Below, piece after piece: positions 37,876 to 47,019 of a stretch of DNA of 64,000 bases. Numbering within the stretch: position 1 is the stretch's first letter; the number at the start of each line of letters is the position of its first letter. The notes under the pieces are model-generated. The model worked only from the letters and a program-made list of their open reading frames with translations, made no database searches and was not told where the DNA came from. Source of the stretch: an uncultured Bacilli bacterium (GTDB lineage: Bacteria > Bacillota_I > Bacilli_A > RF39 > UBA660); assembly GCA_934162125.1 (NCBI GenBank), contig CAKPHU010000005.1:64528-128527 (forward strand), read 5' to 3'. The position numbers were made by a program, and so were the translations under genes.

Positions 37876-39612
37876 TTATTTGTTATATTTTATTTCTGAC
37901 TCATATAAATGTTTATATTCGTTGCATGTTTTTAACAATTCACTATGAGTTCCTGAATCTATAACTTTTCCGTTAGATATATAGTATATTTTATCACAGT
38001 TTACAATAGTAGAGAAACGATGCGCAATTATTAGAATTGTGTATTCTCTTTTTAAATTATTTAAAGCTGTGGCTATTTTACTTTGAGTTTCATTATCTAG
38101 TGCGCTTGTAGCTTCATCAAAAAGAATAATTTCTGTTTTTTGAATAAAGGCTCTGGCAATTGCTAAACGTTGTCTTTCACCACCAGATAAAGTAACTCCT
38201 CCTTCACCAATTACCGTGTCATATTTATTAGGTAGAGTATTAACAAAATCATCAAGACAAGCAATTTTACAAGCTTCAATCATTTCCTTGTCAGTTAAAT
38301 CATCTTTGACAAGCTTTAAGTTATCTCTAATACTCATGTTAAAGATATAGGGATTTTGACTAATAATGGTAATGCTACCTCTGATAGAGTCTTCATCTAA
38401 TGTATTAATGTTGTATCCGTCTATTTTTATTTCTCCATCGTCTATGTCATACATTTTGCATAGTAAATTGAAGATGGTAGTTTTACCAGATCCACTTTTC
38501 CCAACAAATCCAACTGTTTCATTGGCTTTAACATTAAAAGATAATTTGTTTAAGACTGTTCTATCTTTATTATAACCAAAAACTACATCTTTAAATTCAA
38601 AGTCACCATTAACTTTTTCTAAATGTTTAGAACCAAATTGTTCTTTCTTGAATTCTTTACTTTCAAGTAGAGAGAAAACTCTATTACAAGAAAGATTGAA
38701 GTCTTTTAATTCTTCTAATAAATTAGCTACTGCATACATTAAGGTTCCAAGTATATTATTTCTGTAAGAATATAATACTATGGCTAGTGCTATTGTTACG
38801 CTGTGATTTATTAATAAGTAAATCAAGATAATAACAAGTAGAACTTCAAATATTGAACCAACTACTGTTATGGCAAAATTATAGTTCATATGAGTATTAC
38901 GCATGGCATAGACTTTTTCTGATACCTCATTAATACTTTTTTCTAGTGTGTTTAAAAAAGATGCAGAAGCATTAAGCATTTTAATATCTCTTACACCACG
39001 AACAAGCTCGGCAGTTAATCCCATATTTTCTTCTCTCTTATGGCGTAGTTCTTTATCCTTTTCATTTACTGCTCTTACTTTGACAATATTTAAGTAAGCA
39101 ATACAACTTGCAGCAAAAATGTAAAAGAAGAAGACCATTTTATTGATTATGAAAACAGCGGCAAAAATACCAATATTAGTCAAAATACTTGTGACATTGC
39201 CCATCCCAATAGTAAAAATATGAGATAGTTCTTTACAGTCTTCATTTAATCTTTCAATAAATACTCCACTAGAATTATTGTCTAGTTCTTTAACTTTTAT
39301 TTTTAAGATTTCTTTACTTACGGCTAGTTGTAGTTTTTTAAAGACACCTCTAAAAAATATTTGAGTATTCCTTTTAATGACTAAAGTTTTTATACCATTT
39401 AAAATATCGAAGCCAAAAACAATTAGAGTTGCTATTATTAGGCCTTTATAATCTTCATTTGTTAAGGCAGTTAATTGCCTTGCTGTAAACATTGGATATA
39501 TTACACTAACAAATATAAATAAAAGTGTAATGATAGTAAAAGCATATAAATTTTTTCTATATTCTTTTCCATAATCATAAACTTTTTTTAAATTTTTAAT
39601 GGTTGTTTTCAT
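37876..39612 (-). CDS. ABC transporter, fused permease/ATP-binding (ABCB-type exporter)
   Basis: 578 aa. Walker A GKSGSGKTT, LSGGERQRLAIARA, ILFDEATSALD. Confidence 0.85.
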   Translation of the reverse strand: MKTTIKNLKKVYDYGKEYRKNLYAFTIITLLFIFVSVIYPMFTARQLTALTNEDYKGLIIATLIVFGFDILNGIKTLVIKRNTQIFFRGVFKKLQLAVSKEILKIKVKELDNNSSGVFIERLNEDCKELSHIFTIGMGNVTSILTNIGIFAAVFIINKMVFFFYIFAASCIAYLNIVKVRAVNEKDKELRHKREENMGLTAELVRGVRDIKMLNASASFLNTLEKSINEVSEKVYAMRNTHMNYNFAITVVGSIFEVLLVIILIYLLINHSVTIALAIVLYSYRNNILGTLMYAVANLLEELKDFNLSCNRVFSLLESKEFKKEQFGSKHLEKVNGDFEFKDVVFGYNKDRTVLNKLSFNVKANETVGFVGKSGSGKTTIFNLLCKMYDIDDGEIKIDGYNINTLDEDSIRGSITIISQNPYIFNMSIRDNLKLVKDDLTDKEMIEACKIACLDDFVNTLPNKYDTVIGEGGVTLSGGERQRLAIARAFIQKTEIILFDEATSALDNETQSKIATALNNLKREYTILIIAHRFSTIVNCDKIYYISNGKVIDSGTHSELLKTCNEYKHLYESEIKYNK

Positions 39613-40189
39613 TTATTATCCCCTCCTTTAACTTGGTTATTATGTTTTCTATTAGAAATGATATTTCTTTTTGACTAACAGATATGGAATTTGTTGCTAT
39701 TTGGCATGATAGACCATGAACGTAGAATCTAGTATCACGGTATAATTCGTTAGCTTGCTTTTTAGAAAAATTATATGTGTCCTCAATAAAGGCAATTGTT
39801 TCTTGATTTTGAGCTGATAATAAAACCTCAGAAATTGTTCTAGTACCAGCAAGGTCTGACATGAATAAAGCTTTAAAAAGATTAGGATTTTCAAAAGAAA
39901 AAGTAGCATAGGCATTACTAATGCTATATAAATAATCTTCTTTGTTCAATCTTTGTTCTACAAAAGAATTATAATAATCGTGCAAATAATCTTTTAATTT
40001 GCTTTTTAGTTCAGACATATTGGCAAAGTACTTAAATAATGGTTGAGTTGAACAACCTATATAACTGCATAACGATCTGGCATTTAAGGTCTCAATGTCA
40101 TTTTTCATAAGATAGTCTTTTGCCTTAGATAAGATTTTTTCTTTATCAAATACATTTTTTCTTGCCATATTTTTCTCCATAAATAACAT
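39596..40189 (-). CDS. TetR/AcrR family transcriptional regulator
   Basis: N-terminal HTH (LNARSLCSYIGCSTQPLFKYF) typical of TetR. Overlaps the ABC exporter start. Confidence 0.8.
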   Translation of the reverse strand: MLFMEKNMARKNVFDKEKILSKAKDYLMKNDIETLNARSLCSYIGCSTQPLFKYFANMSELKSKLKDYLHDYYNSFVEQRLNKEDYLYSISNAYATFSFENPNLFKALFMSDLAGTRTISEVLLSAQNQETIAFIEDTYNFSKKQANELYRDTRFYVHGLSCQIATNSISVSQKEISFLIENIITKLKEGIINENNH

Positions 40190-40290
40190 TTGTTATTTAA
40201 TATACACAATTGTTTAAGTTTTGTAAAGATATAAAATAACATTTGTTATTTATTATATAAAGAAACACATTAATGTTTAAAAAATATAAA

Positions 40291-40320
40291 AGAAAAAAAG
40301 AGCTTTGATTGCTCTTTTAT
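40291..40320 (-). terminator. Rho-independent terminator (AAAGAGC-tttgatt-GCTCTTT plus U-run)
   Basis: Immediately downstream of the 40333-40869 gene. On the minus strand the stem is followed by UUUUUUUCUUUU. Confidence 0.5.
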
Positions 40321-40332
40321 TGTGACTTTATT

Positions 40333-40869
40333 TTATTTACAAGTATAGCCTTGATTACTTAATTCTTTTTTTGCAGCATCGTAAGTATCAGCAGAAGTAA
40401 ATTTATCTGATTTAACATCAGCATCTACTGTAATAACGTTGCCATCAACAGATACTTTTGGATTTATTACATAATCTTCATCTTCTACTGTTTCAACAAC
40501 TGATTCTTTAGCAGCTTCAATTTCTTCACTTGTATAACTACTTGGAACTTCGTATTGTACACGCATTGAGGCACTTGAAGCTTTGTTATTTTTAAATTTA
40601 ATTGTAATTGACGCTGTTGTTTTTACTCCAAAATAAGATTGCGAATTAGTACATGTTAATGTTTTTGTGTTGAAAAATAACATGTATGCTGCACCTAATC
40701 CAATAACAACTATTATAGCAATTATAATTGGTATAATAGGTTTGTTTTTTGCTTTTTCATTTGTATCAGTTGGAACTGGAGTTGGCATAGCACCAGGTTG
40801 TGTAGTAGGTACAGGATTGTTGAATTGTTGTTGGTTATTTTGACCGTTTTCAAAGTTACCATTATTCAT
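40333..40869 (-). CDS. Membrane-anchored protein with a Gln/Asn/Pro-rich N-terminus and an extracytoplasmic domain, hypothetical
   Basis: 178 aa with a single TM helix (IIPIIIAIIVVIGLGAAYMLFF). Confidence 0.4.
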   Translation of the reverse strand: MNNGNFENGQNNQQQFNNPVPTTQPGAMPTPVPTDTNEKAKNKPIIPIIIAIIVVIGLGAAYMLFFNTKTLTCTNSQSYFGVKTTASITIKFKNNKASSASMRVQYEVPSSYTSEEIEAAKESVVETVEDEDYVINPKVSVDGNVITVDADVKSDKFTSADTYDAAKKELSNQGYTCK

Positions 40870-40937
40870 ATTTTCACTTCCTATTCTACAATGTAAAGTC
40901 TATCAAATATATTAAGATGTGTCAAACAAATATACTT

Positions 40938-41483
40938 TTAATCCATTATAATTAGTTCATGATTTAAGTACGGCATTAATTTATTTAATAAGTCTTCTGT
41001 TTTAATACGCACTGTTGCGGTATTTTCATTAGGATGAAATCTAAAATATTTTTTAGTAATTAAAGTTTTATCAATATAGACTGCTATAAGATTATCTTTA
41101 TCATAAGCCAGTTCCATAATACTAACGGCACCTTTATGAGTTCTTAATATCTCGTTAAGATTGTTTTCTGTTGCAAGATTGATTCTAGGAACACCATATT
41201 TTAAACGAAAAACCTTTTCATCAAACATTTTGTCTCGTGGCAAAATAATAAAGAAAAAATGTTTTTTATTTTTGGTACGAAATACTAAATTTTTGATTCC
41301 AGGAACATCTATCTTTTTATCAATCAACAACTGTTCTTCTAAAGTTTCAGGATAATAATTGTATTCTACTCTTTCATAATCTATATGAAGTTCATCTAGA
41401 ATATCATAGCACTCTTTTTCTTTACTTGATGTTATCTTCTTTGGGCGACCTTTTATTAACTCAGTTATTTCAAATGTTGGCAT
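40938..41483 (-). CDS. YbaK/ProX-like aminoacyl-tRNA deacylase-domain protein (tentative)
   Basis: 181 aa. Resembles prolyl-tRNA-synthetase-associated (ProX) domain proteins, for example HFFFIILPRDKMFDEKVF. Assignment from memory. Confidence 0.4.
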   Translation of the reverse strand: MPTFEITELIKGRPKKITSSKEKECYDILDELHIDYERVEYNYYPETLEEQLLIDKKIDVPGIKNLVFRTKNKKHFFFIILPRDKMFDEKVFRLKYGVPRINLATENNLNEILRTHKGAVSIMELAYDKDNLIAVYIDKTLITKKYFRFHPNENTATVRIKTEDLLNKLMPYLNHELIIMD

Positions 41484-41501
41484 ATTGATTCTCTTTTCTT
41501 A

Positions 41502-41984
41502 TTAAAGTTTTTTAATATCTATATACATTCTGGCATGATAGTCTTTTTTCTCATAGAATTTTATGGCGTTTTCGTTGTAGGCAAAGACATCAACCATAGA
41601 GTACTCACAACCTTTACTTTTGAAGTACTCTTCCATTTTCTCCATAAGTTGTTGGCCTACACCTTTGCTTCTTATTTTACTACTAACTATTAATTCGGTA
41701 ACCTTGCCTCTTTTTGGGCATTTGTAATCTAAGTAGTCATATTCATCATAGGGAGGAATTGTTCCCATTATAAGTCCAATCACCTTATCATCTTCTAAGG
41801 CTAGAAAACATTTACCATCTTGTTCTGATACTTCTTTTAAATCCAGTAGAGCCTTTTTTTCATGATATTCTGGGTGGACATGATCGAGGTTATCTTTATC
41901 AATAGATACAATGTATTCTTCTAATTCAACTAATAAATCTCTAACATCTTCTAAATATTTATCATTATATTCTATTATTTTCAT
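41502..41984 (-). CDS. GNAT family N-acetyltransferase
   Basis: 160 aa. Acetyl-CoA binding motif RSKGVGQQLM. Confidence 0.7.
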   Translation of the reverse strand: MKIIEYNDKYLEDVRDLLVELEEYIVSIDKDNLDHVHPEYHEKKALLDLKEVSEQDGKCFLALEDDKVIGLIMGTIPPYDEYDYLDYKCPKRGKVTELIVSSKIRSKGVGQQLMEKMEEYFKSKGCEYSMVDVFAYNENAIKFYEKKDYHARMYIDIKKL

Positions 41985-41997
41985 ACTACTCTCCTGC

Positions 41998-42594
41998 TTA
42001 TTTTTTGATATCTATATATGGTTTGTATATTTCTGCGTACTTTTCTAAGCATTCTTTGACATCAAACCAGTAGACATTAGTTAATATTCCATCACTTGGA
42101 TCTATTTCTGTTCTTTCAAGGACACCACCTAAGGCTTTAAGTGTTTTATCAGATCCTAAATTATTAACGTCACAGTCTAACATTACACGTTTTAGTCCTA
42201 ATTTTTGAGCTTCAACTAGACCTAAATACAAATTTATTTTATTATAGCCTTTTCTTCTTTCTGTTGGTCTGATCGCATAGCCAATATGGCCACCAAATTG
42301 TTGCATACTTAAAGATAAGTTCCATCTAACATTAATCATGCCAACTACTTTATTGTCATTTTTCCTAATAAGAAGAAAGGTTTTGGCTGGACATCTATTT
42401 ATTTTTTTTGCATACTCTTCATTTTCTGTATTTAAACATCTTTCAAGAGCTTTTTCAAAAGACATATCAGTCAACACCTTATCTAAGGAACCAGAACCAT
42501 TTATGTCTGAATTGTATTCTACAAACTCGTTAAAATATTCTAATATGTCTTTTTTTCTTTCAAGTGATGGTCTTTCCAAATAAAACTTTTCCAT
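41998..42594 (-). CDS. GNAT family N-acetyltransferase (RimJ/RimL-like)
   Basis: 198 aa. RRKGYNKINLYLGL motif and a RimL-like length. Confidence 0.65.
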   Translation of the reverse strand: MEKFYLERPSLERKKDILEYFNEFVEYNSDINGSGSLDKVLTDMSFEKALERCLNTENEEYAKKINRCPAKTFLLIRKNDNKVVGMINVRWNLSLSMQQFGGHIGYAIRPTERRKGYNKINLYLGLVEAQKLGLKRVMLDCDVNNLGSDKTLKALGGVLERTEIDPSDGILTNVYWFDVKECLEKYAEIYKPYIDIKK

Positions 42595-42610
42595 ATATAT
42601 TCTCCTTTGA

Positions 42611-43027
42611 TTATTTTTTAATCCACAAATACATACCTGTTATCTTATCAGGTTTATATTTAAATCCGGCTTTTTGATAAAACCCTTCATTTCCTGCTGT
42701 TGGAGTTAATTCAATTTGCATTTTTTCTCCTGGTTTTACATTTGATTCAATCATTCCTTTTAATTTATTAACAATCATCAAGCCATAGCCTTTTCCTTGA
42801 TATTCTGGTCTTACACAAATGTCTGATAGACAACAAACTATACTGAAGTCACCCACAACACGACCTATTCCTACTGCTTTACCATCTACCATAACTTTTA
42901 CCATGTACATGGTGTTTTTTAGAGCTTTCTCAACTTGTTCTTTTGAATAACTTTTAAATCCTACAGACTCTATTACGTCTAAGAATTCTTCAATACTAAT
43001 ATTTTCTTCTAATATTACTTCACTCAT
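42611..43027 (-). CDS. GNAT family N-acetyltransferase
   Basis: 138 aa. QGKGYGLMIV motif. Confidence 0.7.
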   Translation of the reverse strand: MSEVILEENISIEEFLDVIESVGFKSYSKEQVEKALKNTMYMVKVMVDGKAVGIGRVVGDFSIVCCLSDICVRPEYQGKGYGLMIVNKLKGMIESNVKPGEKMQIELTPTAGNEGFYQKAGFKYKPDKITGMYLWIKK

Positions 43028-43078
43028 TTTCTTACTCCTATTTTTAACAACTTGTTTTAACTTGCTTTTATGATAATT

Positions 43079-44152
43079 TTATTTTAATATTTCAGTATTT
43101 ATAAAAATTCTTTTGTTATCATAGTCGATAGTTGCTTCGGCATCATAAGGTAGAAGACATCTTGGGACAGAATGTCCAAAATTTACGTTATATAAAATTG
43201 GCGTCTCTAAGTCTGAAAAAACCTTTTTATATACTTCTTTATATTCTTCATAATATTTTTCATCTATAGGTTTACCAACGATAAGTCCTTGAACTAAATT
43301 GAAAATATTTCTCTTTTTTAATTCCAAAAGCATTTTTTCAAGTTCCTTAGGAGTGGCAGCTACTTCACTAGTTTCTAAGAATAATATTTTTTCTTTCCAT
43401 TCATCTTCTGTTGGGAATATTTGATATTTTTCATACACTGATGCTTGATCTGCAAATCTTGTTCCCATAAATGATTCATATATACTTTCTACGCATCCTC
43501 CATATAGTTTTCCAGTTGCTGTTCCTTGACCATTTAAAGTTTCAAAACCATGTATTTCTTGATGAGATTCTCTTGGTATTCCAATCTCTTCTGGTCCATA
43601 ACTTTTTCTATCACTATACCAAACTGGGCTTGATTTTATTTCATAAGATTTTCCACCTGTAAAAAATTTTTCAAATTGGTCTTTAGTGTAAGGCAACATT
43701 TCATTATCTAACTCTGCTATATCAACTAATAAGCATGGTCCATAAAATGTAGATAGACCTATTTTATTTAACATTAAATGATTATTTGTAGTGTCAGAAA
43801 AGCCGGTGAAAATTTTAGGGTTGTTTTTAACAGCTTCAATAAACTCTGGATCATCCATTAGATAAGGTATTGTTTTATAAGTATCAATGCCACCTATTGC
43901 GGTTATGATAGCTTTTATACTAGGATCCATAAAAGCATCCTTTAAATCACTTGCTCTAGCTTCTGGGTGTTCTTCAATGTACTTCATATCTTTTAAAGCA
44001 TTAGGCATTATTACTGGTTCTAATCCATATTCTTTTAGTCTATCTAAAGCAATAGACAATTCATGTTTACAAAATGGCATTCCTAAAAGTCCTCTTGATA
44101 GACTAACGATAGCTATTTTGTCTCCCTTTTTCAATCTTTGTGGTTTTAACAT
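43079..44152 (-). CDS. S66 family serine peptidase (LD-carboxypeptidase / MccF-like)
   Basis: 357 aa. N-terminal LKKGDKIAIVSLS and the TGFSDTT Ser-nucleophile motif. Its size fits MccF-like rather than short LdcA. Confidence 0.7.
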   Translation of the reverse strand: MLKPQRLKKGDKIAIVSLSRGLLGMPFCKHELSIALDRLKEYGLEPVIMPNALKDMKYIEEHPEARASDLKDAFMDPSIKAIITAIGGIDTYKTIPYLMDDPEFIEAVKNNPKIFTGFSDTTNNHLMLNKIGLSTFYGPCLLVDIAELDNEMLPYTKDQFEKFFTGGKSYEIKSSPVWYSDRKSYGPEEIGIPRESHQEIHGFETLNGQGTATGKLYGGCVESIYESFMGTRFADQASVYEKYQIFPTEDEWKEKILFLETSEVAATPKELEKMLLELKKRNIFNLVQGLIVGKPIDEKYYEEYKEVYKKVFSDLETPILYNVNFGHSVPRCLLPYDAEATIDYDNKRIFINTEILK

Positions 44153-44273
44153 ATTATCACCTCTTATTTAGATTATATCATACGCTTAACTAATATCTAT
44201 AGAATAGCTTTTTGACTGTTGCATAAAAAAAAGGCTCAATATGCAATTAAGTCTCTTTCAACGTTATTCTTTT

Positions 44274-44570
44274 TTAGTTATCTATTTCAACAGCATTAGT
44301 AGCAGCAGCATCAGCAGCTTCATAAGTATTAGCAGCTTCATTGATTACTTTATTCATTTCTACTACTTGTTCATAGAATGCAGAGTATTTTTCATGAAAT
44401 TGTCTCATATAATCTGATTCAATATCACGAGCACCAATACTATTCCAGTGATCTGAAAATAAACCGTTCATAACTATATCTTCATTATCAAATACTTCTT
44501 TGATTTGATTTGCTAAATTTAAAATTTCATTTGCACTACTACGTGCTTGTTCATAATTATCTATTTGCAT
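44274..44570 (-). CDS. WXG100/ESAT-6-like small helical protein (paralog of 18140-18436)
   Basis: 98 aa with DHWNSIGA. Its SD is embedded in the end of the upstream gene. Last gene of cassette B. Confidence 0.55.
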   Translation of the reverse strand: MQIDNYEQARSSANEILNLANQIKEVFDNEDIVMNGLFSDHWNSIGARDIESDYMRQFHEKYSAFYEQVVEMNKVINEAANTYEAADAAATNAVEIDN

Positions 44571-44878
44571 TAAAAACCAATCCTTCCTGCACTACTTGCT
44601 ACGTCATTTTCAGCCTCTTCTAAGATGTTAGCTGCCCTTCCTAAACCTTCACCTAAATTAGCAACTTGCTCATTAAATGTATTTAACAATACAGCAAGAT
44701 CTTCATATGCAGCCATAAATTTTTCTCTACCACCACCAGATTTCCAGTTAGAGCCTAATTCATCAACTTTTGCTTTTAATGATGATAATTTTTCACGAAA
44801 TTCTTCTGAGTTTTCAATTGTTTCTCTACTGTTGCGGTTCATACCACCAAAATCAACTTGTAAACCATTTGTATTCAT
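44570..44878 (-). CDS. WXG100-like protein (paralog of 18447-18749)
   Basis: SNWKSGGG central motif. Start placed at MNTNGLQ (44878), preceded by an AGGAGG SD. The ORF-track start at 44905 appears to be a TTG. Confidence 0.6.
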   Translation of the reverse strand: MNTNGLQVDFGGMNRNSRETIENSEEFREKLSSLKAKVDELGSNWKSGGGREKFMAAYEDLAVLLNTFNEQVANLGEGLGRAANILEEAENDVASSAGRIGF

Positions 44879-44965
44879 TAATAAATACCTCCTACTTATT
44901 TTCAATATATCGTTTAATTGTTTACTTGTATATATTTTATATTAAAATGTTACATAATTTTACAT

Positions 44966-45253
44966 CTAAATACTTAAACTTGCTAACTGATTTTCTAAAT
45001 CTTGGATACTTTTAGCAGATGATTTGATAAATTCACCAACTTCACTCATTTTTTCTGCTTTTGCAGTAGCTAGTTCAACTTGACTTGTACATTGAGCAGT
45101 AAAATTATTTTTAGCTTTTCCACTCCAAGCCGAAAGATCGCTTGTAACATTAGTATCATAATTTTGAATAGCTGTTTTTATATTGTTGGCAGCTGAACAT
45201 AACTTTTCTCCTGCTGCTATTACTTCAGCAAAATCACATACATATTTGGCCAT
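44966..45253 (-). CDS. WXG100 family protein (paralog of 20082-20369)
   Basis: 95 aa. SAWSGKAKNNF canonical WxG motif. AAAGGAG SD. Confidence 0.7.
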   Translation of the reverse strand: MAKYVCDFAEVIAAGEKLCSAANNIKTAIQNYDTNVTSDLSAWSGKAKNNFTAQCTSQVELATAKAEKMSEVGEFIKSSAKSIQDLENQLASLSI

Positions 45254-45267
45254 TGATAAACTCCTTT

Positions 45268-46188
45268 CTATATTTCGACTGTTTCATTTCCTGAACTTTG
45301 ATTATCAGTTGAGCTAGCTAAATTAGTTAATATAGTACTTTCATTTACTATTTTGTTAGCATTAAGGTCAAATTGTCCATTATTTGTAACAGTATATTTA
45401 GTCATATCAATATTTATATTATTTTCATTTTCACTATTCCAATTTTCATTAACGATAAAACTAACATTAGATTTAGCATTGTCAGTAGTAGGCTTTTCAA
45501 AACTGATACCAACAATACACTTAACTTCTTCACCATTATTGTTTTTGAAAATAATTTCATCACCAACTGTTCCGATTGATTCATTACATAAAACTACATA
45601 GTGATCGTCAATCATGGCGTAACCATTGCCATTATAGGTAACTTTATTTATATAGTCGTTCTTTAGCGAATCATCTAATTTATCTAAATTAATACCAACA
45701 TGATTTACTTCTTCAATTTTATCTGTAATAGCATTTTCATCTTTTTCTTTGTCTTCTGGCTCTGTGTTTGTTTCATCTAATCCCGAAATAGCACTAGCTA
45801 TTCCAGCTGCTATGCCTCCTGAAATTGTACTTGATGATCCTCCAGAGTAATAACTTCCTGAATAGCCTCCGCTTGATGAACTACTACTTGAATATCCACT
45901 ACTAGCAGTTTTATTAGTTTCTGTTTTGGCTAGCGTTAATGACTTTTGAAGGGAAGTGTGAGCACTAACTACATTATCAGCATAAATAGATGTATTTTTG
46001 AATTTTGTAACACAGGCTTCAACATTTGCGATCATTTGAGCTTTAACTGATGAGAAGTCAAAACCATCTTCACAACTTGTATCATAACCACTTATCGAAT
46101 CTACAACACTTGAGATTTGATTTGCTAAAGAATTTATTGTATTAGCTCCTGATATGACAGGATCACAATCTAACATAAATACACTCAT
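45268..46188 (-). CDS. Modular effector-like protein: WXG/LXG-type helical N-domain, Ser/Gly-rich linker, and a C-terminal beta-rich domain of unknown function
   Basis: 306 aa. Same architecture as 18826-19746, but the C-terminal domain (NGYAMIDDHYVVLCNESIGTVGDEIIFKNNNGEEVKCIVG...) has no motif I recognise. Confidence 0.5.
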   Translation of the reverse strand: MSVFMLDCDPVISGANTINSLANQISSVVDSISGYDTSCEDGFDFSSVKAQMIANVEACVTKFKNTSIYADNVVSAHTSLQKSLTLAKTETNKTASSGYSSSSSSSGGYSGSYYSGGSSSTISGGIAAGIASAISGLDETNTEPEDKEKDENAITDKIEEVNHVGINLDKLDDSLKNDYINKVTYNGNGYAMIDDHYVVLCNESIGTVGDEIIFKNNNGEEVKCIVGISFEKPTTDNAKSNVSFIVNENWNSENENNINIDMTKYTVTNNGQFDLNANKIVNESTILTNLASSTDNQSSGNETVEI

Positions 46189-46198
46189 ATATTATCTC

Positions 46199-47008
46199 CT
46201 ATTTTGGGTCCCATTGATCAAGACCATATTGTTCAACAATACTAATTAAATTTTCACTATAGGTTTGACTTGTTGCATAACCGCATTGTTTAACAGCGAC
46301 GCAAGCCTCCTTATAATTAGTAGCCTCTAAAACAGGCTTGTATCTGTCTTTAGTTAACAGTTCAGCATGATCAATAATAGAATCATTTACTGAATCATAA
46401 TCTCTGAAATCAGCACGTGTTTGATATCTAGTACCATCAGCATTTTGTTCTCCAGTTAAACAATTTACTCTTTTGCCAGTCCAACTACTACCAGCTTTAA
46501 TACCAAAAATATTGTTACCAATTCTTGATCTACCCCAACCTGTTTCTAGTATTGCTTGAGCAAGTGTTAAAGAAGGTAAAACTCCATATTTATTATAGGT
46601 TTCTATGGCACCAGCTTTGATTTCATTTACAAAGTCTAATCTGTAACCTGATAAGTTACCTGGATTTTTATAATCACTGTTGATTGCTGTTTGACTAACT
46701 CCATTAAGTTTTAATTGAACTGCTTGATTTGCTTCACTATCAGCATTTTTGTATGTTGCGGAAGCTGTAGTAAGAAAGTCTGCTATAGTTTTGAAATTTT
46801 CACCAATAGTATTTAGAGATGTATCCAATTCATTAATTAAATTAACACATTCTTCTGCTACTGGTCCCATGAAAACACTTTCGTTGCTAAGTTTGGTTAA
46901 GGAATCATTTAGGCTGGTATTACATTCAGTTACTTTGGAATTTGTTAAAGTAGTAGTAGATATTGCATTATTGAAAATGCCATAATCTGTAATTGAAACT
47001 TTATCCAT
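46199..47008 (-). CDS. LXG/WXG-like helical N-domain fused to a GH73 N-acetylglucosaminidase (FlgJ/mannosyl-glycoprotein endo-beta-N-acetylglucosaminidase-type) domain
   Basis: 269 aa. The N-terminus aligns with the 19769-20071 protein. The C-terminus carries LPSLTLAQAILETGWGRS, the GH73 consensus around the catalytic Glu. Confidence 0.7.
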   Translation of the reverse strand: MDKVSITDYGIFNNAISTTTLTNSKVTECNTSLNDSLTKLSNESVFMGPVAEECVNLINELDTSLNTIGENFKTIADFLTTASATYKNADSEANQAVQLKLNGVSQTAINSDYKNPGNLSGYRLDFVNEIKAGAIETYNKYGVLPSLTLAQAILETGWGRSRIGNNIFGIKAGSSWTGKRVNCLTGEQNADGTRYQTRADFRDYDSVNDSIIDHAELLTKDRYKPVLEATNYKEACVAVKQCGYATSQTYSENLISIVEQYGLDQWDPK

Positions 47009-47019
47009 TCTATCACTCC

